A stretch of 64,000 nucleotides of DNA from an uncultured Gemmataceae bacterium (lineage in GTDB: Bacteria > Planctomycetota > Planctomycetia > Gemmatales > Gemmataceae): contig CAVVPN010000011.1 of the NCBI GenBank assembly GCA_963750165.1, positions 160,001 through 224,000 on the forward strand. Reading direction: 5' to 3'. The translations under genes were made by a program, and so were the position numbers. Of this stretch, positions 9,646 through 20,745 are shown piece after piece. Every line of letters starts with the position of its first letter. Position 1 is the first letter of the stretch. The notes under the pieces were generated by a model, which had not been told where the DNA came from, did no database searches, and worked only from the letters and a program-made list of their open reading frames with translations.

Positions 9646-12161
9646 TCACTCCCGCGTGATCGTCTCGTGCAAATTCAGCACCACGCGCGTCACCGACGTC
9701 CACGCCGCCAGCTCCGCCGCCGACAGGTCCGGCGCCGCCGGCCGGTCGCCGACGCGCAGCAGTTCCGCCGCCGCCTTCGGATTCTTCTGGTAGCGCTGCA
9801 GGTGCTGCTCGACCAGCGCCCGCAGCAACCGCACTTCCGCTTCCGCCGCCGGCCGCCCCAGCGCCAGCCGAAACGCATGGTGGATGCGCCCGTCCGTCGT
9901 CTTGCCGCCGTCGCGCAGGACGCGCTCCGCGAAGACGCGGGCCGCCTCGACGTAGATTGGATCGTTGAGCAGCACCAGTGCCTGCTGCGGCGTGTTGGAG
10001 CGCGGCCGCTCCACTGTACACTCCTCGCGCGTCGGCGCATCAAAGGCCAGCAGGCTCGGGTGCAGGAACGTACGGCACCAGTAGCTATATAACCCCCGCC
10101 GATACAGATCCTCACCCTTGTCGTTCTGGTACTCGCGCGTCGGGAAGTTCAGGTGCTTCCAGTAGCCCGGCGGCTGGTACGGCCGCACACTACGGCCGCC
10201 GATCTTCGGCACCAGCAGGCCGCTGACCGTCAGAGCGTTGTCGCGCACCATCTCGGCGTCGAGGCGGAAGCGGGCCTGCCGTGCCAGCAGCTGGTTGTAC
10301 GGATCGCGCTGTCGCAACGCCGGGCTGACCTGCGACGATTGCTGATAGGTTTTCGACATCACGATCAGCTTCAACGTCCGCCGCACGTCCCAGCCGGACG
10401 CGCGAAACTCCACCGCCAGCCAGTCGAGCAACTCGGGGTGCGTCGGCCAGGCCCCCTGTGAGCCGAAATCGTCCAGCGTCTTGACGAGGCCCTGACCGAA
10501 CGTCAGCATCCACAGCCGGTTGACGAACACGCGCGCCGTCAACGGGTTTTCCGGCGCTACCAGCCAGCGCGCCAGGTCGAGCCGTGTCGGCCGCTCCTTC
10601 GTCCGCAGTGATCCGAACACCGCCGGCACTGCGGGGCCGACCACTTCCCCCGAATCGTCCAGCCAGTTGCCGCGCGGCAGCACCCGGATGGTGCGCGGCT
10701 TCACCGACATGGAGACGATGGTCTGCGGGATGTCGCGCATCAAGGCGTTCTTCTCGCCCTGCTGTTTCGTCAGCTCGGCTCGCCGTTTCTGCAACTCCGG
10801 CAGCGTCGCGCGGAAGTGATTCATCACGTCCTGCCTCTGCCTGGCGTTGCGCTTGCCCGGCTCGATGGACAGCACGGCGGCGATGTTTTTCGGCAATGCC
10901 TTCTTCGCCGCGGGTGTCAACCCCTGTTCCCACTGCCGCTGTTGCGCGTCCAGTTCCTGCGACGGCCCGGTCAGCAGCTTTTGCAGCGGCACAATGGCGG
11001 CGTCGAGTTTCTTGAGCCGCGCTTCCTGGGCGGGCGTTGCCAGTTTGACCTGCTCCTGCGGCCCGACTGCCGTTTCCTTGAGGTCCGCGAAGAAGGCGCC
11101 GAAACTGTAAAAGTCCTTCATGCTGACCGGATCGAACTTGTGGTTGTGGCACTCGGCACAGCCCATCGTCAGGCCCATGAAAATGACGGCGGTGTTGCGC
11201 ACCCGATCCGCGAAATACTTGGCGAGGTACTCCTTCGGCTGAGCGCCGCCCTCGCGCGTCGTCATCAGCAAATGGTTGAAGCCGGACGCGATCTTCTGCG
11301 GCACCGTCGGGTTCGGCAGCAGGTCGCCGGCCAACTGCTCCAGCGTGAACTGATCGAAGCGCTTGTTGTCATTGAACGCCCGGATGACGTAATCGCGGTA
11401 CGGGGCGATGTCGCGGTGGTTGTCGCCGTGAATGCCGGTCGTGTCAGCGTAGCGCACCAGGTCCAGCCAGTACATCGCCAGCCGTTCACCGTGGTGCGGC
11501 GACGCCAGCAGCCGGTCCACAACGCGCTCGTAAGCGTCCGGCGACTGGTCGGCCAGGAAGGCGTCCACCTCCGCGGGTGTCGGCGGCAGGCCGGTCAGGT
11601 CGAAGCTGAGACGGCGCAGAAGCGTGCGGCGGTCCGCGCTGGGCGACGGCTTCAGCCCCACTTGCTCCAGTCGGGCGAGGATGAAGTGATCGATTGGGTT
11701 GCCCGGCCAGCTTTTATCCTGGACGGCGGGCACAGCCGACCGCGTGACGGGCAGCAGCGACCAGTGGCCCTGATACTTCGCGCCTGCTCGATCCAGCTGC
11801 GGATGAGGTCGATGTCCCGGGCGGCCAGCTGCTTGTGCGACTGCGCCGGCGGCATACGTTCGCGGGCGTTTTTTGCGGTGATGCGGCGGTACAGTTCGCT
11901 GTCCTGTGGCTTGCCGGGCACGACCGCATGATAACCGCCGCGGTCCGCAAAGGCGCCCTCCTCCGTGTCGAGTCGGAACTTGGCCTTGCGCAGGTTCCGG
12001 TCCGGGCCGTGACAGGCGAAGCAGTTATTCGACAGGATGGGGCGGATGTCGCGGTTGAAATCGACCCGCTTGCCCTTCGAGCCGCCGGCGCGAGTGTCGG
12101 CGGTCAGGGCGGCCAGAGTGAGCAGGGACAGAACGACGAGGTGGGAGCGTGAGCGCGGCAT
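9646..12161 (-). CDS. Planctomycete cytochrome c + DUF1549/DUF1553 protein (frameshift at ~11783)
   Basis: VDFNRDIRPILSNNCFACHGPD in ORF 11652..12311 continues into 9646..11733 (CAECHNHKFDP, HPELLDWLA, NTPQQAL, LNLHETITRE). Confidence 0.88.
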
Positions 12162-12262
12162 CGGAACCCTCCGGCGGGAAGCGCGTGCGGATGTAGTCGA
12201 TGGATTTAAGGTAACCGATGGGGCAGGGAGGCTCAAGCTATTAAATGGGGCGGGCCCTCCTC

Positions 12263-12315
12263 CGCCTTGATTCATCGGTTCGCGCAGGCCCCGCGCGAAC
12301 CGATGAATCAAGGCG
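12263..12315. repeat. Perfect 23-bp inverted repeat (hairpin, possible terminator/REP)
   Basis: CGCCTTGATTCATCGGTTCGCGC-aggcccc-GCGCGAACCGATGAATCAAGGCG. Confidence 0.8.
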
Positions 12316-12333
12316 AACAGGGCCGGTGACGTG

Positions 12334-13194
12334 TTAGCGTCCGCCGGCGACCACCGGCCGCGAGCGCAGCAGTTCCTCGATCTGTTTGAGCTTGCTGCTG
12401 ACGAACAGCACGTTGGGCAGGGGGAACTCCTCGGGCCGTTGGCCGCCGGTCGTGACGATCAAATCGCCCGAGCCCATGCCCAAAATCCAGTGCCGGAAGA
12501 TGTCGTCGCGCTGCTTGCGCACCGACAGGTTGGTCGCGTCGTGGACGTGCTCGCCGTCGCCGATCTCCAGGCAGTAGCGAATCTGGCCGGGCGAGAAAAT
12601 CATGTACGTCTTGGGGTCGAAGAACAGCAGCGCCACCAGCCAGAGGATGAACAGCGCGACGGACACGAAAAAGTAGCCGCCCATGCTGATGCGGATGTCC
12701 AGCAGCCCCACCAGGGCAAAAATATCATCCCAGACGCGGAACACCGACAGCAGCGTGGCGCCCAGGATGATGACCACGATCACCAGCACCGACCACAGGC
12801 CGCGCAGCGCCACGTTCGTGATAAAGATCACCAGCAGTAGCACTGTCAGGAAAACGACACCTGGCCCCGCCGAGTTGGCGACGTGTTGGTGCGGCGTTTT
12901 CATGGTCTTGCCCTTGGGCGCGAACAACACCGAACGGTCCTTGATGTCTTCCGCGCCGACGTCCAGTTTGACCCGGACTTCCTGATCCTTGCCCAGGTTG
13001 AAGCCGACTTCCTGTCCGGCCATGGTCTTGTCGGGCACCACGGCCAGCATGGTGCCGTGCATCCAGGTGATGACGCCCATCAACAGGCCGACGGCCCAGA
13101 CCGGCCACCAGTAAACCAACTGCGAATGGCTGATCACCTTCAACTCTTGTTTCGGGGCCGCGACGGAGGCGACTTGGGGTGTGGCTGTGGACAT
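12334..13194 (-). CDS. Membrane protein with C-terminal bacterial-PH-like segment, paralog A
   Basis: ISHSQLVYWWPVW, TM helices, DIFRHWILGMGSGDLIV; clear paralog of 13396..14427. Confidence 0.75.
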   Translation of the reverse strand: MSTATPQVASVAAPKQELKVISHSQLVYWWPVWAVGLLMGVITWMHGTMLAVVPDKTMAGQEVGFNLGKDQEVRVKLDVGAEDIKDRSVLFAPKGKTMKTPHQHVANSAGPGVVFLTVLLLVIFITNVALRGLWSVLVIVVIILGATLLSVFRVWDDIFALVGLLDIRISMGGYFFVSVALFILWLVALLFFDPKTYMIFSPGQIRYCLEIGDGEHVHDATNLSVRKQRDDIFRHWILGMGSGDLIVTTGGQRPEEFPLPNVLFVSSKLKQIEELLRSRPVVAGGR

Positions 13195-13239
13195 CAGTGC
13201 GCTTGCCTTCCAAAGAGGTTGAAGATGGGTCGCGGGTCG

Positions 13240-13278
13240 TTGCCCTGTTGCGCGCCCGGCCGGCGCGCAACAGGGCAA
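13240..13278. repeat. 17-bp inverted repeat between the paralogs
   Basis: TTGCCCTGTTGCGCGCC / GGCGCGCAACAGGGCAA. Confidence 0.7.
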
Positions 13279-13395
13279 TTATTACTCCCACAAGGTAAAG
13301 GCGTTCGGCCGGCGTGTCAAGCAGGCTGGCGCGTCCGCCGCTGACGGCGTGCGACCCGGCGCGCCACAACCGCGCCAGGCCGCACGCCCGAAACG

Positions 13396-14427
13396 TCATT
13401 GCGCGGTCGAAACCACTTGCCGCTCCTGCAACCGCTTCTCGATCTCGCGCACCCGGCGGCTGACCTGGAGCACATTGTGCAGTTCGATGTGCTCCTTGCC
13501 CTGCGGCCGGATAATCAAATCCCCCGAGCCGAAACCCAGGATGTAGTGGCGGAAGATGTCGCTGCGCTGCTTCTGAAAGACGATGCCGGTGGTGTCGTAA
13601 GCCGTCTCGCCGCCGCCGATCTCCAGGTGGACGCGCACCTGGCCCGGTGTGAAGATCATGTAGAACTGGCGGTCGAAGAAGAAGAAGTTGATTAGCCACA
13701 GGATCATCAGGGCGGTCGAGAGCAGAATGTAGCCGCCCAGGTTGATGTGCGTCGTCAGCACGCGGCCGCTGCCGCGGAAGACGTAATCCCACAGCCCCGC
13801 CTGTGCCATGATAACCGAGCCCAGGATGATCACGACCAGGACGATGATCGACCACAGGCCGCGCAACGGTACGTTGGTGATGATGATGACCATCAGCAGC
13901 ACCAGTATGAAAATGGCGCCGACGAGCCGGTGGTTGTGCATGGCCGGCGGATGGTAGACCCAGTCGCCTTTCAGCTGGTCCCACTTGTACAGCGTTTGCA
14001 GTTTGCCAGTCTTTGGGTCGTAGTCATCCTTCGGCACGAGGACGGCCTGGAAGTTCTTTGCCGGGTATTTTTTCTCGAACGCTTCCCGCTGTTTAGCGTC
14101 CATGCCCTCCAGATTGAACTCGGCCTTCTCCACGGTGACGATCTTTGAGTCGTCGGGGAAGAAGACGGCGTGGGTGTTGTTGAAATAGGTCAGGGCGGCC
14201 ATGACGTAGCCGGTCACCCACACCGGCCACCAGTAGAACAGCGTCGAGTGGCTGATGATGACGATCTCGTCCTCCCGGCCGCGGGCGAACAGCAGGTAGC
14301 CGATGAACGTGCCCAGGCGGCCGCGCTTTTTGGGCTTCGGCGGCGCCGGGGGCGTGAACACGCCGGGCTGCGACGTGGGCGTCGGAGCAGCCTGGGGGGA
14401 GTCGGTGGGGAGCGGGTTGTCAGGCAT
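13396..14427 (-). CDS. Membrane protein with C-terminal bacterial-PH-like segment, paralog B
   Basis: ISHSTLFYWWPVW, ITNVPLRGLWS, DIFRHYILGFGSGDLII. Confidence 0.75.
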   Translation of the reverse strand: MPDNPLPTDSPQAAPTPTSQPGVFTPPAPPKPKKRGRLGTFIGYLLFARGREDEIVIISHSTLFYWWPVWVTGYVMAALTYFNNTHAVFFPDDSKIVTVEKAEFNLEGMDAKQREAFEKKYPAKNFQAVLVPKDDYDPKTGKLQTLYKWDQLKGDWVYHPPAMHNHRLVGAIFILVLLMVIIITNVPLRGLWSIIVLVVIILGSVIMAQAGLWDYVFRGSGRVLTTHINLGGYILLSTALMILWLINFFFFDRQFYMIFTPGQVRVHLEIGGGETAYDTTGIVFQKQRSDIFRHYILGFGSGDLIIRPQGKEHIELHNVLQVSRRVREIEKRLQERQVVSTAQ

Positions 14428-14633
14428 GGTGGTTGGCACCTGGAGCGTGAAGGGCCGTCCACCCCCGGCCCACGATTGGCAGCCGGAAGGTCGGTCCCGC
14501 AGAGTTATTCGCCGCCGCAGGGCCGATCTTTGCGCGGGCGGTCGGCGCACCTGCTTTGGTGCCAAGGCTATTGGCGCCCGTCGCGCGCGTCAAGCGACCA
14601 CCGCATATGGCAGACAGGAATGTCTGCCCCACA

Positions 14634-15215
14634 TCACAGGTCCAGCTTCACCTTCTCGATCTTGGGCTGCACGAACGGCGTCACGTCCACGTTGACGCGA
14701 AAGCTCTGGTGGCAACTGTTGCAGACGGCGCCGACCTTGATGAGGCTGGCTCGGCCGCGCTCGAAGTCGCGCGCGCCGACCAACACGGCCAGGTCCTTGG
14801 CGGCGTCGCGCAGCGCCATGCTCTTCTCGAACCACACGGCCTGGCCCTGGTTCTTCGGCGGCCGCAGCATCAGTAGATTGGCCGTCTCCGCCAGTAGCAG
14901 GGCCTGACCGCGGGCGAACTGCCAGGCCTTGTCCTCGTTGGGCCGCGCCGTCAGCAGCCGTTCCAGGCCACGAAAGTTCGTGTGAGCCACGCCCTCCATG
15001 ATGAGCCGCGTCTCGGCAATCGGCTCCAGTCGCGGGATCACCTTGATGCCGGTGGTCTGCACCTTCGACTGGCCGGGCTGCAACGGCGCCTTGATCATCT
15101 CCGGCTTCTGCTTCGGCAGCTGATACTGCGGCTCGGCGCGCGTTACGGCCAGCAAGGCCAGCGTTAACGGCAGCGCCAGCCAGAGGCCGCGCCGCGTAAT
15201 CGTCATGCCCGTCAT
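14634..15215 (-). CDS. Exported c-type cytochrome (cytochrome c'-like helical bundle)
   Basis: TRR signal peptide and a single C-terminal CNSCH motif. Confidence 0.8.
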   Translation of the reverse strand: MTGMTITRRGLWLALPLTLALLAVTRAEPQYQLPKQKPEMIKAPLQPGQSKVQTTGIKVIPRLEPIAETRLIMEGVAHTNFRGLERLLTARPNEDKAWQFARGQALLLAETANLLMLRPPKNQGQAVWFEKSMALRDAAKDLAVLVGARDFERGRASLIKVGAVCNSCHQSFRVNVDVTPFVQPKIEKVKLDL

Positions 15216-15556
15216 GGTTGGGGGCCCTCGGAGGGTTTGGCGTCCGCCGCGGGCACCTGCACCTGAATGGCGCCGTCCGCCACGCGCACGGGGTAGCAGC
15301 CGATCTTGATCTTGCTATAGTCCGCCCAGGTGCCGTCCGCCAGGCGGAAGCGCCAGGCGTGCCACGGACAGGTGACGACGCCGTTCTCGACGTAACCACC
15401 GGCCAGCGACGCGCCCATGTGCGGGCACAGGTCGTCCACGGCGAAATAGCGGCCCTGCTCCAGGAAGACCGCGATCAGTTTGCCGTTGACCTCGAACGTG
15501 CGGCCCTCGCCCTCGGCCACGTCGCCGACCTCGCCCACCGTCTGAAACTCGCTCAT
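15212..15556 (-). CDS. Rieske [2Fe-2S] ferredoxin (NirD-like)
   Basis: CPHMG...CPWHAWRF motifs. Confidence 0.9.
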   Translation of the reverse strand: MSEFQTVGEVGDVAEGEGRTFEVNGKLIAVFLEQGRYFAVDDLCPHMGASLAGGYVENGVVTCPWHAWRFRLADGTWADYSKIKIGCYPVRVADGAIQVQVPAADAKPSEGPQP

Positions 15557-15733
15557 GCAACATCTCCCTGCCGGCGGTGCGCTTCTTCGTTCGTAGTTCC
15601 GCCTTCAGGCGGTCTTCACCTTGCTTGCGCGGAAACCGGCGAACCCGCGGAATCCCCTCTGGACCGCCGGCCGCGCGCCTGTCATGATTATATCCCTTCT
15701 CCCCTCGCAATGCCGGCACCAGGAGATCCCATC

Positions 15734-16297
15734 ATGCTGGAAATCGAAATCAAGTACCGTGTTCCCGGCTTTGACACTATGGAGCGCCGGCTGGCCGCCT
15801 GGGGGGCGGCGCCGGCGGCGCCGATCGAGGAAGAGGACCACTACTTCAACGCGCCCGACCGGGACTTCAGCCGAACCGACGAGGTGCTGCGGCTGCGGCG
15901 CATCGACGCCGAGAATCGCATCACCTACAAGGGCAGCAAGCGTACCGCCGGCACCGGCAGCGTCGCCAAGCAGCGCACGGAGATCGAAATCCCCTTCGAG
16001 GACGGCCCCGAGGCGGTGGCACGGTTCCGCGAACTGCTGACGCACCTGGGCTACCGGCCGACGGCGGTGGTGCGCAAGTCACGGCGGATCGTCCGGCTGA
16101 CGCGCGACCATTTCGCCCTGGAGGTGTGTTTGGACGAGGTGGAGGGGCTGGGCAATTTCGTCGAGGTGGAGATCGTGGCGGCGGAGGAGCAGGCCGCGGC
16201 GGCGGAGCGGGTGTTGCAGGATGTGAGTGCGGCGCTGGGCCTGACGGCGGTGGAGCCGCGGGCGTATTTGACGATGGTGCTGGGCGGTATTTCGTAG
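15734..16297 (+). CDS. cyaB: CYTH-domain class IV adenylate cyclase-like protein
   Basis: MLEIEIK (ExExK), DHYFNAPDRDF, LRLR, TYKG, LDEVEGLGNFVEVE; AGGAG RBS. Confidence 0.88.
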   Translation: MLEIEIKYRVPGFDTMERRLAAWGAAPAAPIEEEDHYFNAPDRDFSRTDEVLRLRRIDAENRITYKGSKRTAGTGSVAKQRTEIEIPFEDGPEAVARFRELLTHLGYRPTAVVRKSRRIVRLTRDHFALEVCLDEVEGLGNFVEVEIVAAEEQAAAAERVLQDVSAALGLTAVEPRAYLTMVLGGIS

Positions 16298-16370
16298 TGC
16301 CGGCGGGCCGCCGGCACGGGGAGCGCGTGCAAGCGGGCCTCTGCACCACGGTGGACAGGGGGTTCGAGCC

Positions 16371-17486
16371 ATGTGGATTCGATTGTGGTCGCTGGGGTTG
16401 CTGCTCGCCGGACTGGCGTGCTGGTGCGGGGCCGGGGCGGCGCAGAATGGGGACAAGCAGGAGCTGCCGCCGCACATGGTCGATCTGCCGGCGGACCAGC
16501 CGCTGGACAAATTGCTGGAGCATGTCCGCAAAACTGGTCTGCGTGTCGAGGACCGCCGCCGTGACAGGACCCCGGTGATCGTGAAAGGCGGCCTCAAGGG
16601 CGCGACGTTCTGGCAGGCAGTCGATGCCATCGCCAAACAGGCGAACCTCCGCGTCAACCTGTATCAACCGGACGGGGTGGTTGCCCTGGTCGAGGGGCCG
16701 TATCGGCAGGTGCCGAGCAATTACAGCGGCCCGTTTCGGACCGCCCTCAAACGGCTCACCGTCATTGACGACCTGGAGTCTGGCCAGCGCACCTGTGTGC
16801 TGAGCATGGACCTCGCCTGGGAGCCAGGGCTGCACCCGATCCGGGTCGGTGTCGGCCCAGCGGAGGCGGAGTTCGGAACGAGACAAGCGGTGGCGAGGGC
16901 GAAAATCCCCGGCGGCGAGTCGTTTTCCGTGATCGACCAGCCGGCGGTCGAGGTCGAGCTACGCTGCCCCTGTCCGCACCGCGCCGACCAGGCCCTCGAA
17001 TTGCTGAAAGGTCACTTCACCGTCATCGTGCCGACAAAAATGCTGACGTTCACCTTCGACAAACTCAAGCCGGAGGCGCCGCCGGTCAAGGAAACGAAGG
17101 AGAGCGTCAGCGTGCGCGTCGAGGACATCAAGGTTGATGGGGACGACTGGACGGTCGATGTGAAGATCGACAACCCACCGGGCGGACCGAAGTTCGAGAG
17201 CTATCAGTTGGCCGCCGGGGCTTCGTGGATCAGCTACAACTCGATCGCGCTGATAAAAAAAACCATCAATGGCAAGGTCACGCAGCGGCTGCGGGCGGCG
17301 CCGGAGGATTTTGAGGACGTGAAGTTGACCTCGGCACACGCACACCTGCGCTACCACTTCACGAAAAAAGCGAACCCGGGCGTCAAGTTCGGCGAGGTCG
17401 GCGACTGGCGGCTGGTGTACCGCACGCCGGGGCGCATGGTGGAACTGAAAGTGCCCTACGGCTTCAAGGGTGTGCCCTTGCCGTGA
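16371..17486 (+). CDS. Secreted hypothetical protein
   Basis: Signal peptide; 371-aa ORF with normal codon usage. Confidence 0.75.
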   Translation: MWIRLWSLGLLLAGLACWCGAGAAQNGDKQELPPHMVDLPADQPLDKLLEHVRKTGLRVEDRRRDRTPVIVKGGLKGATFWQAVDAIAKQANLRVNLYQPDGVVALVEGPYRQVPSNYSGPFRTALKRLTVIDDLESGQRTCVLSMDLAWEPGLHPIRVGVGPAEAEFGTRQAVARAKIPGGESFSVIDQPAVEVELRCPCPHRADQALELLKGHFTVIVPTKMLTFTFDKLKPEAPPVKETKESVSVRVEDIKVDGDDWTVDVKIDNPPGGPKFESYQLAAGASWISYNSIALIKKTINGKVTQRLRAAPEDFEDVKLTSAHAHLRYHFTKKANPGVKFGEVGDWRLVYRTPGRMVELKVPYGFKGVPLP

Positions 17487-17597
17487 ATGCTACCTCTCTA
17501 CGTGGGGCAGCCTTTCCAGCCTACCGGTCTCCTGGCAGGCTGGAAAGCCTGCCCCACATGAAGCGACAATCCCAAGAAAAAAGACCTCCAAATTCCT

Positions 17598-17789
17598 TCA
17601 CTGCAGCCAGGTGAACAGCAGGTCGCACAGGATCAGCACGACCAGCAAGATCATGCTGCCGATCCAGAACGCCAGGGCGAAGCGATCGCCCGAATCCGGG
17701 CGACTGTCGGCGGTCGGCGCGGACGCCGGGGCCTTCGAGGTGTACTCGGCGGGTGGTGCGGCATGGATAGGTTCGTTGACGGCGGCCAT
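17598..17789 (-). CDS. Small C-terminally anchored membrane protein (63 aa)
   Basis: GGAGG RBS before ATG 17789; one TM helix, FALAFWIGSMILLVVLILC. Confidence 0.6.
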   Translation of the reverse strand: MAAVNEPIHAAPPAEYTSKAPASAPTADSRPDSGDRFALAFWIGSMILLVVLILCDLLFTWLQ

Positions 17790-17837
17790 GGGACTATCCT
17801 CCAGGGGCGGGCGCAGTCGCTGGGCGAGGGAGAGCAA

Positions 17838-17853
17838 AGCAATCGCAGTGCCA
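17838..17853 (-). promoter_or_regulatory. Sigma-54 (-24/-12) promoter
   Basis: Minus strand TGGCAC-TGCGA-TTGCT matches TGGCAC-N5-TTGCW, about 50 nt upstream of the small membrane gene. Confidence 0.7.
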
Positions 17854-18086
17854 ACGCGCCGGGCCTGAAAAAACCGCGGCGCCAACGCGGCCCCGGCCTG
17901 TTGTAGCTGTGCGGTTGCGGGACAGCGGTGTGCGGAAGCGCGCCGCGCCGCTCACGCCTGGCCCGGCGATTTTCGGCCGAAACCACCAGTCCGAACGTGC
18001 GCGGCTGCTGCAAATCACACAACCGGCTCACGATTTGCTCCGTGTTCTCTCAAGCCCGGTTCCCGCCCTTTTTGGAGGTTCTTCCC

Positions 18087-18524
18087 ATGCGACGCTTCTT
18101 CCCGCTTGTGCTCGGCCTGCTGCTGCTCGGCCTGTGTGCCCCCGCCGCGACGCCTGCCCCGCAGCCGAAAGTCAACAAGATCATGATGGAAAAGCTCAAG
18201 TCCTCACAGGCCCTGCTCGCCGGCATCGCCACCTCCGACTTCAACCGCATCAGCAGCAATGCCGATGAGCTGATCCAGTTGACCAAGCGCGAGGAGTGGC
18301 AGGTCATCAAGACGCCGCGCTATGTGATGTACAGCAACGAATTCCGCCGCACCGCCGAAAACATCATCCAGAAGGCCAAGGCCAAGAACATCGACGGCGT
18401 GACGCTCGCGTACTTCGAGATGACCATGAGCTGCGTCCGCTGCCACCAGTACGTCCGCGAGGTCCGCGAGGCCCGGCTGCAGGACAGCCGTTCCGTGGAC
18501 CTGGCCATGCGGTCGCCGCACTGA
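18087..18524 (+). CDS. Exported c-type cytochrome (cytochrome c'-like)
   Basis: GGAGG RBS, signal peptide, C-terminal CVRCH. Confidence 0.8.
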   Translation: MRRFFPLVLGLLLLGLCAPAATPAPQPKVNKIMMEKLKSSQALLAGIATSDFNRISSNADELIQLTKREEWQVIKTPRYVMYSNEFRRTAENIIQKAKAKNIDGVTLAYFEMTMSCVRCHQYVREVREARLQDSRSVDLAMRSPH

Positions 18525-18611
18525 GACGGTTGTGGTTGCCCGGCGGGCATGGCATAATGGCTGTGCTCGCCCGGCAACCTCTCCCGGAGTCTTCGCCTCG
18601 CGAAGTTCACC

Positions 18612-19984
<1,373 letters not shown>

Positions 19985-19992
19985 ACGAGCGG

Positions 19993-20115
19993 GTTCACCA
20001 CAAAGACACAAAGGGCACAAAGGAAAAGACAGGGAAAGACAGGAGATGGGAAGGGTTTGAAATCTTTCCTTTTCTGCCTTCCTTTGCCTTTTCCTTTGTG
20101 CCCTTTGTGGTGAAC
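19993..20115. repeat. Long inverted repeat with periodic (CACAAAG) arms
   Basis: GTTCACCACAAAGACACAAAGGGCACAAAGG ... CCTTTGTGCCCTTTGTGGTGAAC; same family as 42204-42319. Confidence 0.8.
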
Positions 20116-20300
20116 TTTCTTCTCTGGCGGCCGTTCCGCGAATCCTGTACAGTATAAAATACCGATGTTGCCGACATTGCGGCGGCACCAACGCCACCTC
20201 CGGCCCGCTCACGCCGACCCGGCCGCGGAGGGGCGGTTCGTTTTCCGGACGCCTGTGGGCGTACTTCGTGCAGGTCGGCGGCTCAAGGGACAGGTGCATT

Positions 20301-20558
20301 GTGGCCAAAGAAGAACACTACCAGGTACAGGGCAAGGTGATGCAGGCGCTGGCCAACACGCAGTTCCGCGTCAAACTGGACAACGGCCATGAAATCATCG
20401 CCCACATCGCGGGCAAGATGCGCAAGCACTTCATCCGCATTTTGCCGGGCGACATCGTGACCGTGGCGATCTCGCCATACGACCTGACCAAGGGGCGGAT
20501 CACCTACCGCGGCCCGCTCAAGCAGGCCACCCAGGAAGCCACCGAGGCCGACGCCTGA
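20301..20558 (+). CDS. infA: Translation initiation factor IF-1
   Basis: MAKEE...[49 protein letters not shown]. Confidence 0.97.
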   Translation: MAKEEHYQVQGKVMQALANTQFRVKLDNGHEIIAHIAGKMRKHFIRILPGDIVTVAISPYDLTKGRITYRGPLKQATQEATEADA

Positions 20559-20640
20559 GACGCCGGGACGCCGCGCCACCATTCCGCCAACCCACGTTCC
20601 GCCGCACGCCGTCGCCCCCCGCTCGACGCCCTTCGCAGGG

Positions 20641-20687
20641 ATGGGCGTCCCCGCTCCCCCGGGTGGAACGGGGACGCCCATTTTTCT
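20641..20687 (+). terminator. Terminator after infA
   Basis: ATGGGCGTCCCCG / CGGGGACGCCCAT stem followed by TTTTT. Confidence 0.75.
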
Positions 20688-20745
20688 ATCTTGTCCTTAT
20701 TTCCGCCGATCGCGCTGCCCAGTTTCGTCCCGTGCGAGGCCCATC

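Noticed and set aside
14634..15556. Nitrite reductase (nirBD) operon
   Set aside because: Only a Rieske ferredoxin and a cytochrome are present, with no NirB large subunit, so nirD was not assigned.
18550..18566. Second sigma-54 promoter TGGCATAATGGCTGT before the regulator
   Set aside because: The -12 element reads GT instead of the near-invariant GC.
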